Source: an uncultured Actinomycetes bacterium
GTDB taxonomy: Bacteria; Actinomycetota; UBA4738; HRBIN12
Assembly (NCBI GenBank): GCA_963810915.1
Contig: CAWEPH010000004.1
Coordinates: 216,027 to 280,026, forward strand
Reading direction: 5' to 3'
DNA: 64,000 nt
The position numbers and the translations under genes are program-made. Below are positions 45,786 to 55,272 of the stretch, piece by piece. The notes under the pieces are model-generated. The model ran no database searches. It had not been told where the DNA came from and worked only from the letters and a program-made list of their open reading frames with translations. Position 1 is the first letter of the stretch, and the number at the start of each line of letters is the position of its first letter.

Positions 45786-48563
45786 ATGGCGAGGACGATC
45801 GAACGCGGAGATGCGCGCAGTCTGGGGTCCTCGAGCAGGCCCGCGTGGCGGAAGGCCCCTACCCGCCTCCTCCGTCGGCCCGTCTTGTTCGCGGCGCTGG
45901 CGGCGGCCTCGCTGCTCGTCGCGCTCACGGTGGCCACCTTCCCCCTGTTCCTGTCCGCGGCGCAGAGCGAGCTGCTCACCGCGACGCTGAACGACCCCAG
46001 CTACACGCGCTACGGCGCCGGGATCACCTATCGGGTGAACGACGTGCAGTACGGCGCGGCCGACCCGAACGGCTCGTCGCTCCTCGCCGAGCGCGCGGGC
46101 GCCTTCGCGAAGGAGACCGCGCGCAGCCCGGAGCTGGATCCGGCGATCGAGAGCCTCGCCGGCACGGGCATCTTGGTCACGGGCCCGGACGGGAAGGACC
46201 CGGCCTCCGGGCCCGTGAGCGGCCGTCTCTTCTTCGGCGACGACGACCTCGCCCACGTACGGGTGATCTCCGGCACCGAGGGCAACGGTGTCTGGTTGCC
46301 CGACTACATCGCGGACCCGCTGCACCTCGGCCCCGGCGATCACGTCATGCTCCACGACGGGGGCGACACCGTCCTCGTGCCGATCGACGGGATCTACGCC
46401 GCCATCTTCGCGGCCCCGCGCGAAGGCTACTGGCAGCCGTGGAGCGAGGACATCTACCAGTTTCCTTCTGGCTGTGTCGACTGTCCGGTGCCGCCACCGT
46501 TCATCTTCGCCGACCGCACGCAGCTCCTGGACCTGCAGGCCAAGCTGCACGACCTCCGGGTCGATCAGGCGCTCGTGGCGCCTGTGCGCGCCGCCCCTCA
46601 GCTCACGATCGACGAGGTGCAGACCCTCGGCCGTTTCGCCGACGCGCTCGAGGGACGGATGCAGACCCACACGGGGAGCCTCGGATCGCTCTTCGCCTGC
46701 TGCGGACGGTTCCAGGTGAGCACATCCGGGTTCGGCCCCGTCGATACCATCTATCGGAGCGCGATCGGGGGCGTCGTCCGGGTCGCGGATCAGCGCGCGA
46801 CGGGGGTACGTGGACCGGCGTACGTGTTGCTGATCGCCGGTCTCGCCATCGCGTTCGCCGCGATCGCGGCCGCGGCCGTATTCGCCTACGCCTCCCGCCC
46901 GGATGAGGCGGGGATGCTGCGGGTGCGTGGGTGGGGACCGGCCGGCGTCGGTGCGCGCGCCGCGCTCGAGTCCGTCCTGCCGGTCCTGGCGGGCGCGTGC
47001 ATGGGTGCCGTGCTCGCCTTCGTCCTCGTCGGGGCCTTCGGGCCCAACGGCAGGATCGGCACGCAGGCGCGCCGCGCTGCGGTGGTGGGCACCGTGCTCG
47101 CGGCCCTGGCCGCCATCGTACTCGTGGCGTGCGTTACGGCAGCTTCGTACGCCGCGAGTCACGAGCATCGAGGTCGGGTCTCGCGCGTGCTGACCTGGGT
47201 CCCCTGGGAGGCGCTCGCGTTCGCCGCCGCGCTCGTGTGGGGGCGCGCGTTGCGTACGGGCGGGGGCGTCTCGGAGGTCGGCCCCGTCCGCGAACCCCGC
47301 CCGGCCGTCTTCCTCTACCCTCTCGCGCTCGCCCTCGGGATCGGGATCCTCGGGGCGCGGATCCTCGCCGTGGGCGTCGCCCGTCGGGCCCGTGCGGACG
47401 GCACCGGGCGGGTCTCGGCCGGCTGGCTGGCGACGCGGCGCTTCTCGGCTTCCTCGCGACTGGGGGTGGCGTTCGTCGTGGCGGCGACCCTCGCGGTCGC
47501 GGTCTTCGTCTCGGCGCAGGGACTCGTCGGATCCCTACGGACCACCGTGGACGCGAAGGCGAAGACCTTCGTGGGGAGCGACGTGTCGGTCCAGATCGTC
47601 CCGGGTGGCTCGGGCCCGACGCGGTTCCCGTTCCCGCTGACGGTGGTCCAGCGGGCGCTCGCGGCCGGGACGTTCGACGAGGACACCTCGCACTTCGATC
47701 TCCTCGTCGTCGACCCCTCCTCCTTCGCCTCGGCCGCGTTCTGGGACGACGCGCTATCGCCCGAGAGCCTGCCCGATCTCATGGCACGCCTCGACCGGAC
47801 GGACGGCCGCGCGGTGCCCGTCATCCTGGCGAACGCGGGCGATCGGGTGCCCGCCACGATCACGCTCAACACGACCGAGGCGCCGGTCGAGGTCGTCGGG
47901 CGCGCGGTGAGCTTCCCGGGGGCGGCGTCGCACGCTCCCATCGTGGTGATGAGCCGCGATGCTCTCGCGGCGACGTTCCACCTCCAGCCGTACCGCGTCT
48001 CGTCGTCCAACTCGAACACGGAGCTGTGGATCCGTGGACCCACCGCCGACGTCGTGGACGCGGTCACCGCCGACCCCGAGATCGACGTCTTCCTGATGAT
48101 CACGGCCGATCAGGTGCGTGACGTGCCGCTGATCAAGGCGGCGGTCAACACCTTCCTCGTGCTCGACATCCTGGGTCTGGTGGCCCTACTGTTGATCGTG
48201 GTCCTGGCCGTCGTGTACCTCCAGGCGCGCCAGCGCTCGCGGGTGGTGGCGTCGACCCTCTCGGCGCGGATGGGTATGAGCGCACGCGTCGCACGCGCCT
48301 CGCTCGTCCTCGAGCTGGGGGGAGCGTTGCTGATCGCGGTCGGCCTCGGTGCGCTCGCCGCGCTCGTGGCGACCCCCGTGGTGGTGGCCTCGCTCGATCC
48401 GATCCCGTCGATCCCTCCGCCGCCGTTCACCGTGCTGCCATGGGTCGCGATCCCGGCCGCCGGCCTGCTGCTGATCCTCGCCGCGTGCGTCGGTGGCTGG
48501 CTGGCCGATCGCGCCGCCCGGCGGGGGTCGCTCGGGGAGGTGATGCGCGTTGCGGGATGGTGA
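45786..48563 (+). CDS. Large FtsX/MacB-type ABC transporter permease
   Basis: 925 aa with an N-terminal TM, a large extracytoplasmic domain, and two clusters of FtsX-like helices. Confidence 0.75.
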   Translation: MARTIERGDARSLGSSSRPAWRKAPTRLLRRPVLFAALAAASLLVALTVATFPLFLSAAQSELLTATLNDPSYTRYGAGITYRVNDVQYGAADPNGSSLLAERAGAFAKETARSPELDPAIESLAGTGILVTGPDGKDPASGPVSGRLFFGDDDLAHVRVISGTEGNGVWLPDYIADPLHLGPGDHVMLHDGGDTVLVPIDGIYAAIFAAPREGYWQPWSEDIYQFPSGCVDCPVPPPFIFADRTQLLDLQAKLHDLRVDQALVAPVRAAPQLTIDEVQTLGRFADALEGRMQTHTGSLGSLFACCGRFQVSTSGFGPVDTIYRSAIGGVVRVADQRATGVRGPAYVLLIAGLAIAFAAIAAAAVFAYASRPDEAGMLRVRGWGPAGVGARAALESVLPVLAGACMGAVLAFVLVGAFGPNGRIGTQARRAAVVGTVLAALAAIVLVACVTAASYAASHEHRGRVSRVLTWVPWEALAFAAALVWGRALRTGGGVSEVGPVREPRPAVFLYPLALALGIGILGARILAVGVARRARADGTGRVSAGWLATRRFSASSRLGVAFVVAATLAVAVFVSAQGLVGSLRTTVDAKAKTFVGSDVSVQIVPGGSGPTRFPFPLTVVQRALAAGTFDEDTSHFDLLVVDPSSFASAAFWDDALSPESLPDLMARLDRTDGRAVPVILANAGDRVPATITLNTTEAPVEVVGRAVSFPGAASHAPIVVMSRDALAATFHLQPYRVSSSNSNTELWIRGPTADVVDAVTADPEIDVFLMITADQVRDVPLIKAAVNTFLVLDILGLVALLLIVVLAVVYLQARQRSRVVASTLSARMGMSARVARASLVLELGGALLIAVGLGALAALVATPVVVASLDPIPSIPPPPFTVLPWVAIPAAGLLLILAACVGGWLADRAARRGSLGEVMRVAGW

Positions 48564-49995
48564 GGCCGTCGGATTCGAGCAGCTCGTCCGCACGTACCGG
48601 ACACCAACCGGCGAGGTGCCGGCGCTCCGCGGCGTCAGCGGCTCCCTCCCGCGGGGGATGGTGAGCGCGGTCGTGGGGCCCTCGGGCAGCGGCAAGTCAT
48701 CGTTGCTGCGCGTGATCGCGGGCCTGGACCGCCCGAGCGCGGGTCGCGTCGTCGTGGATGGACACGAGATCGGCGGCGCTTCGGCGCGGACCCGGCGGCG
48801 CCTCCTACGCGACGCGGTGGGGTACGTCTATCAGCGTCCGGCCGCGAACTTCCTCGCGGACATGACGGTCGGAGAGCACCTGCGCCTCGCGGCGGGGCCG
48901 GGTGGGGCCACGGATGACCTCGAAGCCCTGCTGGATGCCCTCGGGATCGCGCAGCGCGCCGACCACCTGCCCCAGGAGCTCTCCGGGGGTGAGCAGCAGC
49001 GAGCGGCGTTCGCGCAGGCCCTCGCCACCGGCGCCCGCATCGTGGTGGCCGACGAGCCGACGGCCGAGCTCGACACGGTATCGGGCGCGCACGTCCTGGA
49101 GCGCGTGCGGGCCCTCACCGCCGCCGGCATCACGGTCGTGCTCGCGACGCACGATCCCGACGTGATCGCGACGGCGGACGCGATCCTGGAGCTCGACCAC
49201 GGCCGTGTCGGCCGCAGCCCCGCGCCGGGACACCTGGTGGCGCTCGACGATCAACCCTCCGGGCCCCTGATCTGGCCCGGCCACGAAGCGCCGCTCTGGC
49301 TCACCGACGCACCCGCCGACCCCGAAGGCGTCGTGCACCTCAGCGGCGTCAGCAAGACCTACGGTGGTGGCGACGAGCACGTGCACGCGCTGCGGGACGT
49401 GGATCTGCAGGCGCGAGCCGGAGAGATCGTGGGGATCGTCGGACGCTCCGGCTCGGGCAAGACGACCCTGCTGAACGTGATCGCGGGTTGGGAGGAGCCC
49501 GACGACGGCGCCATCCGCGCGCCGGGCGGGGGGGCGCCCGGCTGGTCCGATATCGCCTTCCTGCCGCAGCGCCTCGGATTGATGGATGAGCTCAGTATCC
49601 GCGAGAACGTGGAGTATCCGGCGCGGCTCGCGGGAGACCTCATCGAGCGCCGCGGGCTCGCGGAGAGCCTCCTCGAGCGGCTGGGGCTCGCCGGGCTGGC
49701 GCGGCGCTATCCGACCGAGGTCTCGCTCGGGGAGCAGCAGCGGACGGCGCTGGCGCGCGCGGTCGTGTCGGGTCCGAGCCTCCTGATCGCGGACGAGCCC
49801 ACCGGCCACCAGGACGCCGGCTGGGCCGAGCGGATCTTCGGGGTGCTGGCGGAGGCCGCCGCCGCGGGGTCCTGCTGCTTGATCGCCACGCACGACGCCG
49901 GACTCACGCCGTTCCTCGACCGGACCCTGACGATGTCTGACGGCGCCCTGTCCGGGAGTGAGGAAGCTAGTGGCGGGGCTTCAGCCCGGTGGTGA
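48550..49995 (+). CDS. Tandem (two-NBD) ABC transporter ATP-binding protein
   Basis: NBD1 has GPSGSGKS, LSGGEQQR and IVVADEP. NBD2 has GRSGSGKT, SLGEQQR and LLIADEP. TTG 48550 overlaps the permease end. Confidence 0.85.
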   Translation: MRDGEAVGFEQLVRTYRTPTGEVPALRGVSGSLPRGMVSAVVGPSGSGKSSLLRVIAGLDRPSAGRVVVDGHEIGGASARTRRRLLRDAVGYVYQRPAANFLADMTVGEHLRLAAGPGGATDDLEALLDALGIAQRADHLPQELSGGEQQRAAFAQALATGARIVVADEPTAELDTVSGAHVLERVRALTAAGITVVLATHDPDVIATADAILELDHGRVGRSPAPGHLVALDDQPSGPLIWPGHEAPLWLTDAPADPEGVVHLSGVSKTYGGGDEHVHALRDVDLQARAGEIVGIVGRSGSGKTTLLNVIAGWEEPDDGAIRAPGGGAPGWSDIAFLPQRLGLMDELSIRENVEYPARLAGDLIERRGLAESLLERLGLAGLARRYPTEVSLGEQQRTALARAVVSGPSLLIADEPTGHQDAGWAERIFGVLAEAAAAGSCCLIATHDAGLTPFLDRTLTMSDGALSGSEEASGGASARW

Positions 49996-50524
49996 GCATC
50001 TCGCAGATGTCGTCGCCGTGACCGATCCGGGTCTGTGAGACGACCTTCATCTGCAACGTCTTCGGATCGAGGATGCCGCGAGAGATCACGACCCCCTGGA
50101 ACCAGGTGAGGCTCGGCTTGCCCGTGTGCCGGCCGTCGTCGATCGCGACGAACCAGCTCCCGCGCTGGATCTCGGTCCAGATGCCCCGGGGTCCAGGCAC
50201 GAAGGACGAGTGGACGTCCGCCTCGATCGGGATCGTGGTCTTGGTCACTCCGTGCGTGAACTCGATCACGGTGTCGCCGGTGAGCTCTTGCCAGCGGATG
50301 CCACCCCGGGCGTCGTACGCGGTGGTGAGCGTGAGCCCGCCGCGGTCGGTCGCGGTCACGGGGAACGGGCAGACGCCGTCGACGGGTGCGTTCGCCTGGG
50401 CGGGGAAGGGCTGCTGGACGATCGTGAGCCGGGACGCCGCGCGTCCGGCGGCGATCGCCGCCCCACCGGGCGCCGCGATCGCCAGGAGACCACAGAGCGC
50501 GAGGATCGCGGACAGGCGACGCAT
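49967..50524 (-). CDS. Secreted hypothetical protein
   Basis: AAGGAGGGG lies upstream of ATG 50524. Signal peptide MRRLSAILALCGLLAIAAPGGAAIAA. Confidence 0.6.
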   Translation of the reverse strand: MRRLSAILALCGLLAIAAPGGAAIAAGRAASRLTIVQQPFPAQANAPVDGVCPFPVTATDRGGLTLTTAYDARGGIRWQELTGDTVIEFTHGVTKTTIPIEADVHSSFVPGPRGIWTEIQRGSWFVAIDDGRHTGKPSLTWFQGVVISRGILDPKTLQMKVVSQTRIGHGDDICEMLTTGLKPRH

Positions 50525-50638
50525 GGACCCCTCCTTCGCTGCCTGCGCGGGCGGGACCATCACCGCCGTCTTGGGGGGCGCAGGCATCAGCCATGCATGC
50601 TCTCACGCGGGCGGCCCCGAGCGCCAGGGGTTCCGCCG

Positions 50639-51274
50639 CTAGGGCTGGACGGGCTCCGTGCTCTGAAGGAACGATGCGTGGACGGCCTCGAGGAGGCTGC
50701 CGGCACGCTCTCGGAGGGAGGCGCAGGTCTCCGAGAGCTCGGCCCGTCGCTCGGACTCGGCGATCGCGAACGCGTTGATCTCGATGTCGGCGAGCGCCGC
50801 GAACATCGCGGCATGGAGGGCGGCCGCCCCGCTCAGCCCGTCCGCTGCCGTGTTCGGGTCGCCGCCCCGGGTCACCTCCTCGGCGAGGCCCATCAGGTAG
50901 ACCGCGCGGCGTGCCATCTGTAGCTGTCCGTCGATCGTGGCCTCGAGGGCATCGCGCAGCTCACGCAGACGCGTGGTCCGCTGCTCATCGGTCGTCGGCG
51001 CCATCGCGTGCACCGCGAGGAACGCTCCGTACGCCTCCGCGTTGGTGTCCGCAGCCTGCACGAAGGACGCGCGAGCGCCGTCCGCCTCGTCCTGGATCTC
51101 CTGCATCCGCGTGGCCTCGGGTGCGTTCCCGAGCCGTTTCAGCGTGCGGCGGGCGACGGCTCCGATCAGCGCAGCTCCGGCGGCGGCGGAGAACGCACCG
51201 AAGGCCCCTCCCGCGGGCTCGACGAGATCGGTCGCCAGGGCGTCCAGCCAGAGGTCGAGCGGTTGTCCGGCCAT
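50639..51274 (-). CDS. Cyclodeaminase/cyclohydrolase family protein (FTCD C-terminal-like)
   Basis: LDALATDLVEPAGGAFGAFSAAAGAALIGAVARRT is the typical N-terminal motif of this all-helical family. Confidence 0.65.
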   Translation of the reverse strand: MAGQPLDLWLDALATDLVEPAGGAFGAFSAAAGAALIGAVARRTLKRLGNAPEATRMQEIQDEADGARASFVQAADTNAEAYGAFLAVHAMAPTTDEQRTTRLRELRDALEATIDGQLQMARRAVYLMGLAEEVTRGGDPNTAADGLSGAAALHAAMFAALADIEINAFAIAESERRAELSETCASLRERAGSLLEAVHASFLQSTEPVQP

Positions 51275-51450
51275 CGTGCGCCGATCGCTCACGTGGCGAC
51301 CTCGGCGGACGTGGACCCGAACAGCATGGCTCAGGGTCTCCCGGGCTCCGGCCCAGGTCAAGCGTCCGCGGTGAAGGGCTCAACTTTGGGGGTCCAGTTG
51401 GTCGATATGGACTGCATCGCATCCGAAGGAGCGAGCAGAGGGGGCACCGC

Positions 51451-51870
51451 ATGAACAAGCGTTCCGCGATGGTGGTGGCGGGCGGCCTGATCCTCACCAT
51501 GGTGATCTGCGCCGTGGCCTTGACCGTCGGCATCGGTGGCGCGTCCGACGCCGCGGCCGGCACCGGTCCGAGAGCCGGGCGTCGACCCGTGGTCAAGACC
51601 ATCACGAACACGGTGAAGGTGCACCGGCCCGCACCCGGGACACCGCTCGAGGGGGGCGCGACGACCGTGATCACCTCAGGTGGCGACGCCGAGAGCTCCT
51701 CCGCGGCACCACACGGGACGCACGGGCACCACCATCATCCGGGCGGCCATCCCCCATCCGGGTCGGGCGGAACGCCGTCGCCGGGTGGCTCCGGCGGGGG
51801 CGGCGACGACCACTCCGAGAGCCCGGGCCCCTCATCGTCCCCGACCCCCCCGGGCGAGGACGATGACTGA
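51451..51870 (+). CDS. Small membrane-anchored protein with His/Gly/Ser-rich tail (pair A, gene 1)
   Basis: AGAGGGGG lies upstream. MNKRSAMVVAGGLILTMVICAVAL anchor, and a HGTHGHHHHPGGHPPSGSGG tail. Confidence 0.55.
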   Translation: MNKRSAMVVAGGLILTMVICAVALTVGIGGASDAAAGTGPRAGRRPVVKTITNTVKVHRPAPGTPLEGGATTVITSGGDAESSSAAPHGTHGHHHHPGGHPPSGSGGTPSPGGSGGGGDDHSESPGPSSSPTPPGEDDD

Positions 51871-52312
51871 AGGGACGCCGTCGCGCGCTCGTTGGTCCAG
51901 GAACGGTATCCGGGCGCTGGCCTGGCTCAGCGGAGGTGCGACCGTCGTGGCGAGCGGCGTCGCGCTCGCTGTGGCGCCCAAACCCGGCACCCCGGCATCC
52001 GATGAGTCGTCGAAGCGACAGCATCGGCCGCCGCCGCGCAGGGTGATCGTGCACCACGTCGTGAGGCGCGTGATCGTGTACGACGGCCCGGGCGCCGGCT
52101 CGAGCGCTTCGGGCGCGTACTACGCCGCAGGCTCCGGTTCCACGGGTTCGAGTTCGTCCGCGGCCTCGGGCTCGTCGGGCACGTCCTCCGGTTCTTCCGG
52201 CGGCTCGTCGTCGGGGGGTTCCTCCGGTGGTGGGTCGTCGGGCGGGGGAGCGGTGGCGCCGCCGCCTCCTCCTCCACCGCCCCCCACGGGGACCGGCGGA
52301 TCGGCCCCCTGA
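51863..52312 (+). CDS. Membrane-anchored Ser/Gly/Pro-rich protein (pair A, gene 2)
   Basis: The ATG overlaps the previous gene by 8 nt (ATGACTGA). IRALAWLSGGATVVASGVALAVAP anchor. Poly-Ser/Gly then poly-Pro, ending in TGTGGSAP. Confidence 0.55.
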   Translation: MTEGTPSRARWSRNGIRALAWLSGGATVVASGVALAVAPKPGTPASDESSKRQHRPPPRRVIVHHVVRRVIVYDGPGAGSSASGAYYAAGSGSTGSSSSAASGSSGTSSGSSGGSSSGGSSGGGSSGGGAVAPPPPPPPPPTGTGGSAP

Positions 52313-52381
52313 CCTGCGGTTACGTCGAAGCTGACCACGGGGTCGCGCGCCGCCCCGTTCCCCATGGTAGGGTTCTCGAAA

Positions 52382-52416
52382 CCTCGCGGATGCTTAGAAG
52401 TCCGCGAGGCTTTTCC
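52382..52416 (+). terminator. Intrinsic terminator
   Basis: CCTCGCGGA-10 nt loop-TCCGCGAGG followed by CTTTTCC. Confidence 0.55.
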
Positions 52417-52492
52417 ATGTCCGGGATCATGGAAGGAGGTCCACCAAGATAGCTGACGGAGCTCGATCACCCGACAGGAAAGGAGCAGTCCC

Positions 52493-52828
52493 ATGCGAAA
52501 GCTGAGCATCTTCCTTCTCCTGCCTCTGATGTCCATCCCCTTCCGCTTCACCGCGGACCTCAGGAACCGGATCGCTGAGCGCGGTCCCTGGGACCTGACG
52601 AGAGGCGATCTGACCGCGTTCATCACGCAGTTCGCGCAGCAGTGCTTCCAGGCACCGCGCCGGCTGCTCACCCACTCGGCCACGGCCCAGGAGATCCAGG
52701 TGATCGCCGCCAAGGCCGACGCCGAGGCCACGACCACGGCCAAGCCACCCGCACGCCGTCGCGTCGCGCATCGCGTCACCCGGCGGGTCCTGCCCGCGGC
52801 TCCGCGCGTGCACCCTCAGACGACGTAG
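52493..52828 (+). CDS. Hypothetical protein (possible ribbon-helix-helix-like N-terminus)
   Basis: GAAAGGAG lies upstream. IPFRFTADLRNRIAERG looks like an RHH strand-helix. The C-terminus is basic. An alternative start is ATG 52529. Confidence 0.45.
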   Translation: MRKLSIFLLLPLMSIPFRFTADLRNRIAERGPWDLTRGDLTAFITQFAQQCFQAPRRLLTHSATAQEIQVIAAKADAEATTTAKPPARRRVAHRVTRRVLPAAPRVHPQTT

Positions 52829-52949
52829 ATCCTCGTTCGAACACCACCCGCCCTTCCTTGCGTGCTCAAGCACGCCCCCGTTACGCGCCGATGCTCACGG
52901 GAGGGGTGGATACCGACGTGAGCGTCGGATCGAACGGAGGATCCAAACC

Positions 52950-53876
52950 ATGACGTACGCCGATCAACTCGATCGTCGAGAGTTCCTGAAGAAGGCCGCC
53001 GTCGCCGGTACCGCGACCGCCGGCCTCGGTTGGCTCACCTACGCCGACCTGCAGCACGAGGCGGTCGCGAAGGGCCGTCACTGCAAGTGGGGCGCCCTCT
53101 CTCTGAAGGGGTCGAGCCAGGAGAGCGCCATGCGGGCTCTGGAGCACCAGGTCGGCAGGAAGTTCGACACCACGCACTACCGCATGCCGTGGGACTCCGA
53201 TCTCGTGAACAAGTTCACGCGGTGGAGCGCGCACACGGGCCATACGCCGATCCTGTCCTGGTTCGCTCGGACGAAAGGCGGGCCCGTCAGCTGGCGAGGG
53301 ATCGCGCAGGGCCAGCACGACGCCTGGATCACGAAGCAGGCGCGCAGCCTCAGGGCCTCGGGCTGGAACGGCTACTTCTGCTTCCACAAGGAGCCCGAGG
53401 ACGAGGGCAACTCCACCGATTGGAAGGCCGCGTACAACCGCGTCCACAAGATCTTCCACAACGTCGGCGTGAGGAAGTTCCGTTGGGTCGTGGCGTTGAT
53501 GGCGTCGACCTATCAGGCGGGCGAAGCCGGGCAGTGGCTCCCTCGCAACTACGACCTGCTGGGGGTGGATGGCTACAACCGCTACCACTGTCGCAACACC
53601 CCGTGGCGGCCGTTCAACGAGATCTTCTCCCCGGCGCGCGCGTTCGCCCGGTCCCACAAGCGCTCCCTCTACGTCGTGGAAGCGGGGTGCGTCGAAGGGG
53701 AGCCCGGCCGCAAGGCGGACTGGTTCAGGGGAGCCAGGGCCACGATCAAGACGTGGCCGGAGATCGTGGGCTTCTCCTACAACAACGAGGACACCGACTG
53801 CACCTACTACGTGGATTCCTCGTCGTCCGCGCTGTCGTCGTTCCGCGCGATGGGGCGCGACGCCTACTTCCGGTGA
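52950..53876 (+). CDS. Tat-signal GH26-like glycoside hydrolase
   Basis: ACGGAGGA lies upstream. RREFLKKAAVAGTATAG is a Tat signal. The pattern WGA..GRKFD..PILSW..GQHDAWI..FCFHKEPE..WVVA..YDLLGVDGYN is GH26-like. Confidence 0.7.
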   Translation: MTYADQLDRREFLKKAAVAGTATAGLGWLTYADLQHEAVAKGRHCKWGALSLKGSSQESAMRALEHQVGRKFDTTHYRMPWDSDLVNKFTRWSAHTGHTPILSWFARTKGGPVSWRGIAQGQHDAWITKQARSLRASGWNGYFCFHKEPEDEGNSTDWKAAYNRVHKIFHNVGVRKFRWVVALMASTYQAGEAGQWLPRNYDLLGVDGYNRYHCRNTPWRPFNEIFSPARAFARSHKRSLYVVEAGCVEGEPGRKADWFRGARATIKTWPEIVGFSYNNEDTDCTYYVDSSSSALSSFRAMGRDAYFR

Positions 53877-53889
53877 GCGTCCGGGCCGT

Positions 53890-53914
53890 GGTGGGGGCGT
53901 GCGTCGCCCCCACC
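53890..53914 (+). terminator. Hairpin after the GH26-like gene
   Basis: GGTGGGGGCG-tgcgt-CGCCCCCACC (10 bp stem). No T tract. Confidence 0.4.
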
Positions 53915-53922
53915 CGCCCGCG

Positions 53923-53951
53923 TTGACGCCGGCACCCGCCTCCCCTAGGCT
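53923..53951 (+). promoter_or_regulatory. Putative sigma70-type promoter of the 54.0-57.9 kb operon
   Basis: TTGACG - 17 nt - TAGGCT, about 70 nt upstream of ATG 54023. Confidence 0.3.
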
Positions 53952-54022
53952 CCGGCGGCATCGAGCCAGGACGCATCCTCGGGAACCAACGTTGACCCCT
54001 CGAGCCACGCACCCCCCAGGCG

Positions 54023-54688
54023 ATGAGGCCTGAGATCCTCGCCCCGCTGTTCTTCCTCGCCGCCGGGCTGCTCGTGGTCGCCGGCTCGGGCAAGCTCGTG
54101 CGCCCGGAGTCGACCGCGCAGGCCCTCTACGGCGCGGGGTTGCCCGGATCGGCCTGGACGGCCCGCGGCCTCGCCGCCGCGGAGGTGCTGGTGGGTTTCG
54201 CGGCGCTCGCCCGGCCGTCATGGCTCACGGCCCTCGGTGTCGCTAGCGCCTACCTCGCGTTCGCCGGGTTCGTCGCCTACCTGAAGGTGGCCCGCCCGGC
54301 ATCGACCTCGTGCGGATGCGCGGGCGGGCACGATGTGCCGCCGAGCTGGGTCCACGTGTTCCTGAACCTGCTCGCTGTCACCGTCGCCGTGGCGGCTGCG
54401 GTCGTGGGGCTACCGAACGCCTGGGCGTTCGCGTCGTCCCTCGGTTGGGCGGCCGCCCCGGTCATCGTGGGCCTCGCCGTCGCCGGATGGCTCCTCGCCG
54501 TGGTCGTGGCGGAGGTGCCCGCGGCGCTGTCGGTTTGGACGGCGCCCTCGCATCACGAGCGGGAGGTCTTCGACCCGGACCGCCACCGACGTGCCGACGT
54601 CGCGCTCTCCACGGCCGGTGTCGGACCCGGCCACGCGAGCCTGTGGCCGCAGACGGACGTCCCGCACCCGGGGGACCTGCCGGCATGA
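54023..54688 (+). CDS. MauE/DoxX-family redox-associated membrane protein
   Basis: N-terminus FFLAAGLLVVAGSGKLVRP, a central SCGCAG motif and 4-5 helices, as in the MauE family. Confidence 0.8.
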   Translation: MRPEILAPLFFLAAGLLVVAGSGKLVRPESTAQALYGAGLPGSAWTARGLAAAEVLVGFAALARPSWLTALGVASAYLAFAGFVAYLKVARPASTSCGCAGGHDVPPSWVHVFLNLLAVTVAVAAAVVGLPNAWAFASSLGWAAAPVIVGLAVAGWLLAVVVAEVPAALSVWTAPSHHEREVFDPDRHRRADVALSTAGVGPGHASLWPQTDVPHPGDLPA

Positions 54689-55272
54689 GCGTTACCGAAC
54701 GGGCGATGCGCGTGGCGACGAGGATCGTGGGGCGCCGCGATGCCGACGATGGTTCGCGTCGCGCCGCCATCTCGGCCGCCGCCTTGGCCGTGGCGCCCGT
54801 GCGCTACGCGACACGACCGGTCGAGGCCGAGTCGCTCCTGCGCGCCTCCTGTAGCAGCTGTCCACCCGGTTCGCGCTGCTGCGGCGGCTACACCGCGTTC
54901 TGCTGCACGCTGCCCGGCGGCTCCAACTTCGGCTGTCCGGAGAACACGTTCGTGGGCGGCTGGTGGCAGTGCAGCTACGGGGGGAGCGGCCTCTGCGGCA
55001 CCACGAACGTCCGCTACTACCTCGACTGCAGCATCGACCCGGGGAAGGCGTGTCCCGGCGGGTGCCACTGCGGCGGTGACGACTGCTCCAACTTCAAGAC
55101 GTGCTGCGTGGTCTTCCGCTACGGGCAGTGCAACACGCAGATCGCGGCGGTCACGCCGATCCAATGTCGGCTGGTCACGTGCGTGTTGCCCTGCCAGATC
55201 GAGTGCCTGAACTGCCACTGTTCCTCGGCCGTCGACCAGTACACCTGCACCCACGAGGCGGGATGCCTGTGA
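54685..55272 (+). CDS. Tat-signal, extremely Cys-rich secreted protein (25 Cys), MauA-like in context
   Basis: ATGA overlap with the mauE-like gene. Long leader with SRRAAISAAALAVAP. The mature part has CSSCPPG, CCGG, FCC, GGWWQC, and more. Confidence 0.7.
   Translation: MSVTERAMRVATRIVGRRDADDGSRRAAISAAALAVAPVRYATRPVEAESLLRASCSSCPPGSRCCGGYTAFCCTLPGGSNFGCPENTFVGGWWQCSYGGSGLCGTTNVRYYLDCSIDPGKACPGGCHCGGDDCSNFKTCCVVFRYGQCNTQIAAVTPIQCRLVTCVLPCQIECLNCHCSSAVDQYTCTHEAGCL

Noticed and set aside
52120-52300. Repetitive tcg/ggc/tcc DNA that could be mistaken for a tandem repeat or array.
   Set aside because: It is the poly-Ser/Gly and poly-Pro coding tail of the 51863-52312 gene. It has no spacer-repeat periodicity, so it is not a CRISPR array.
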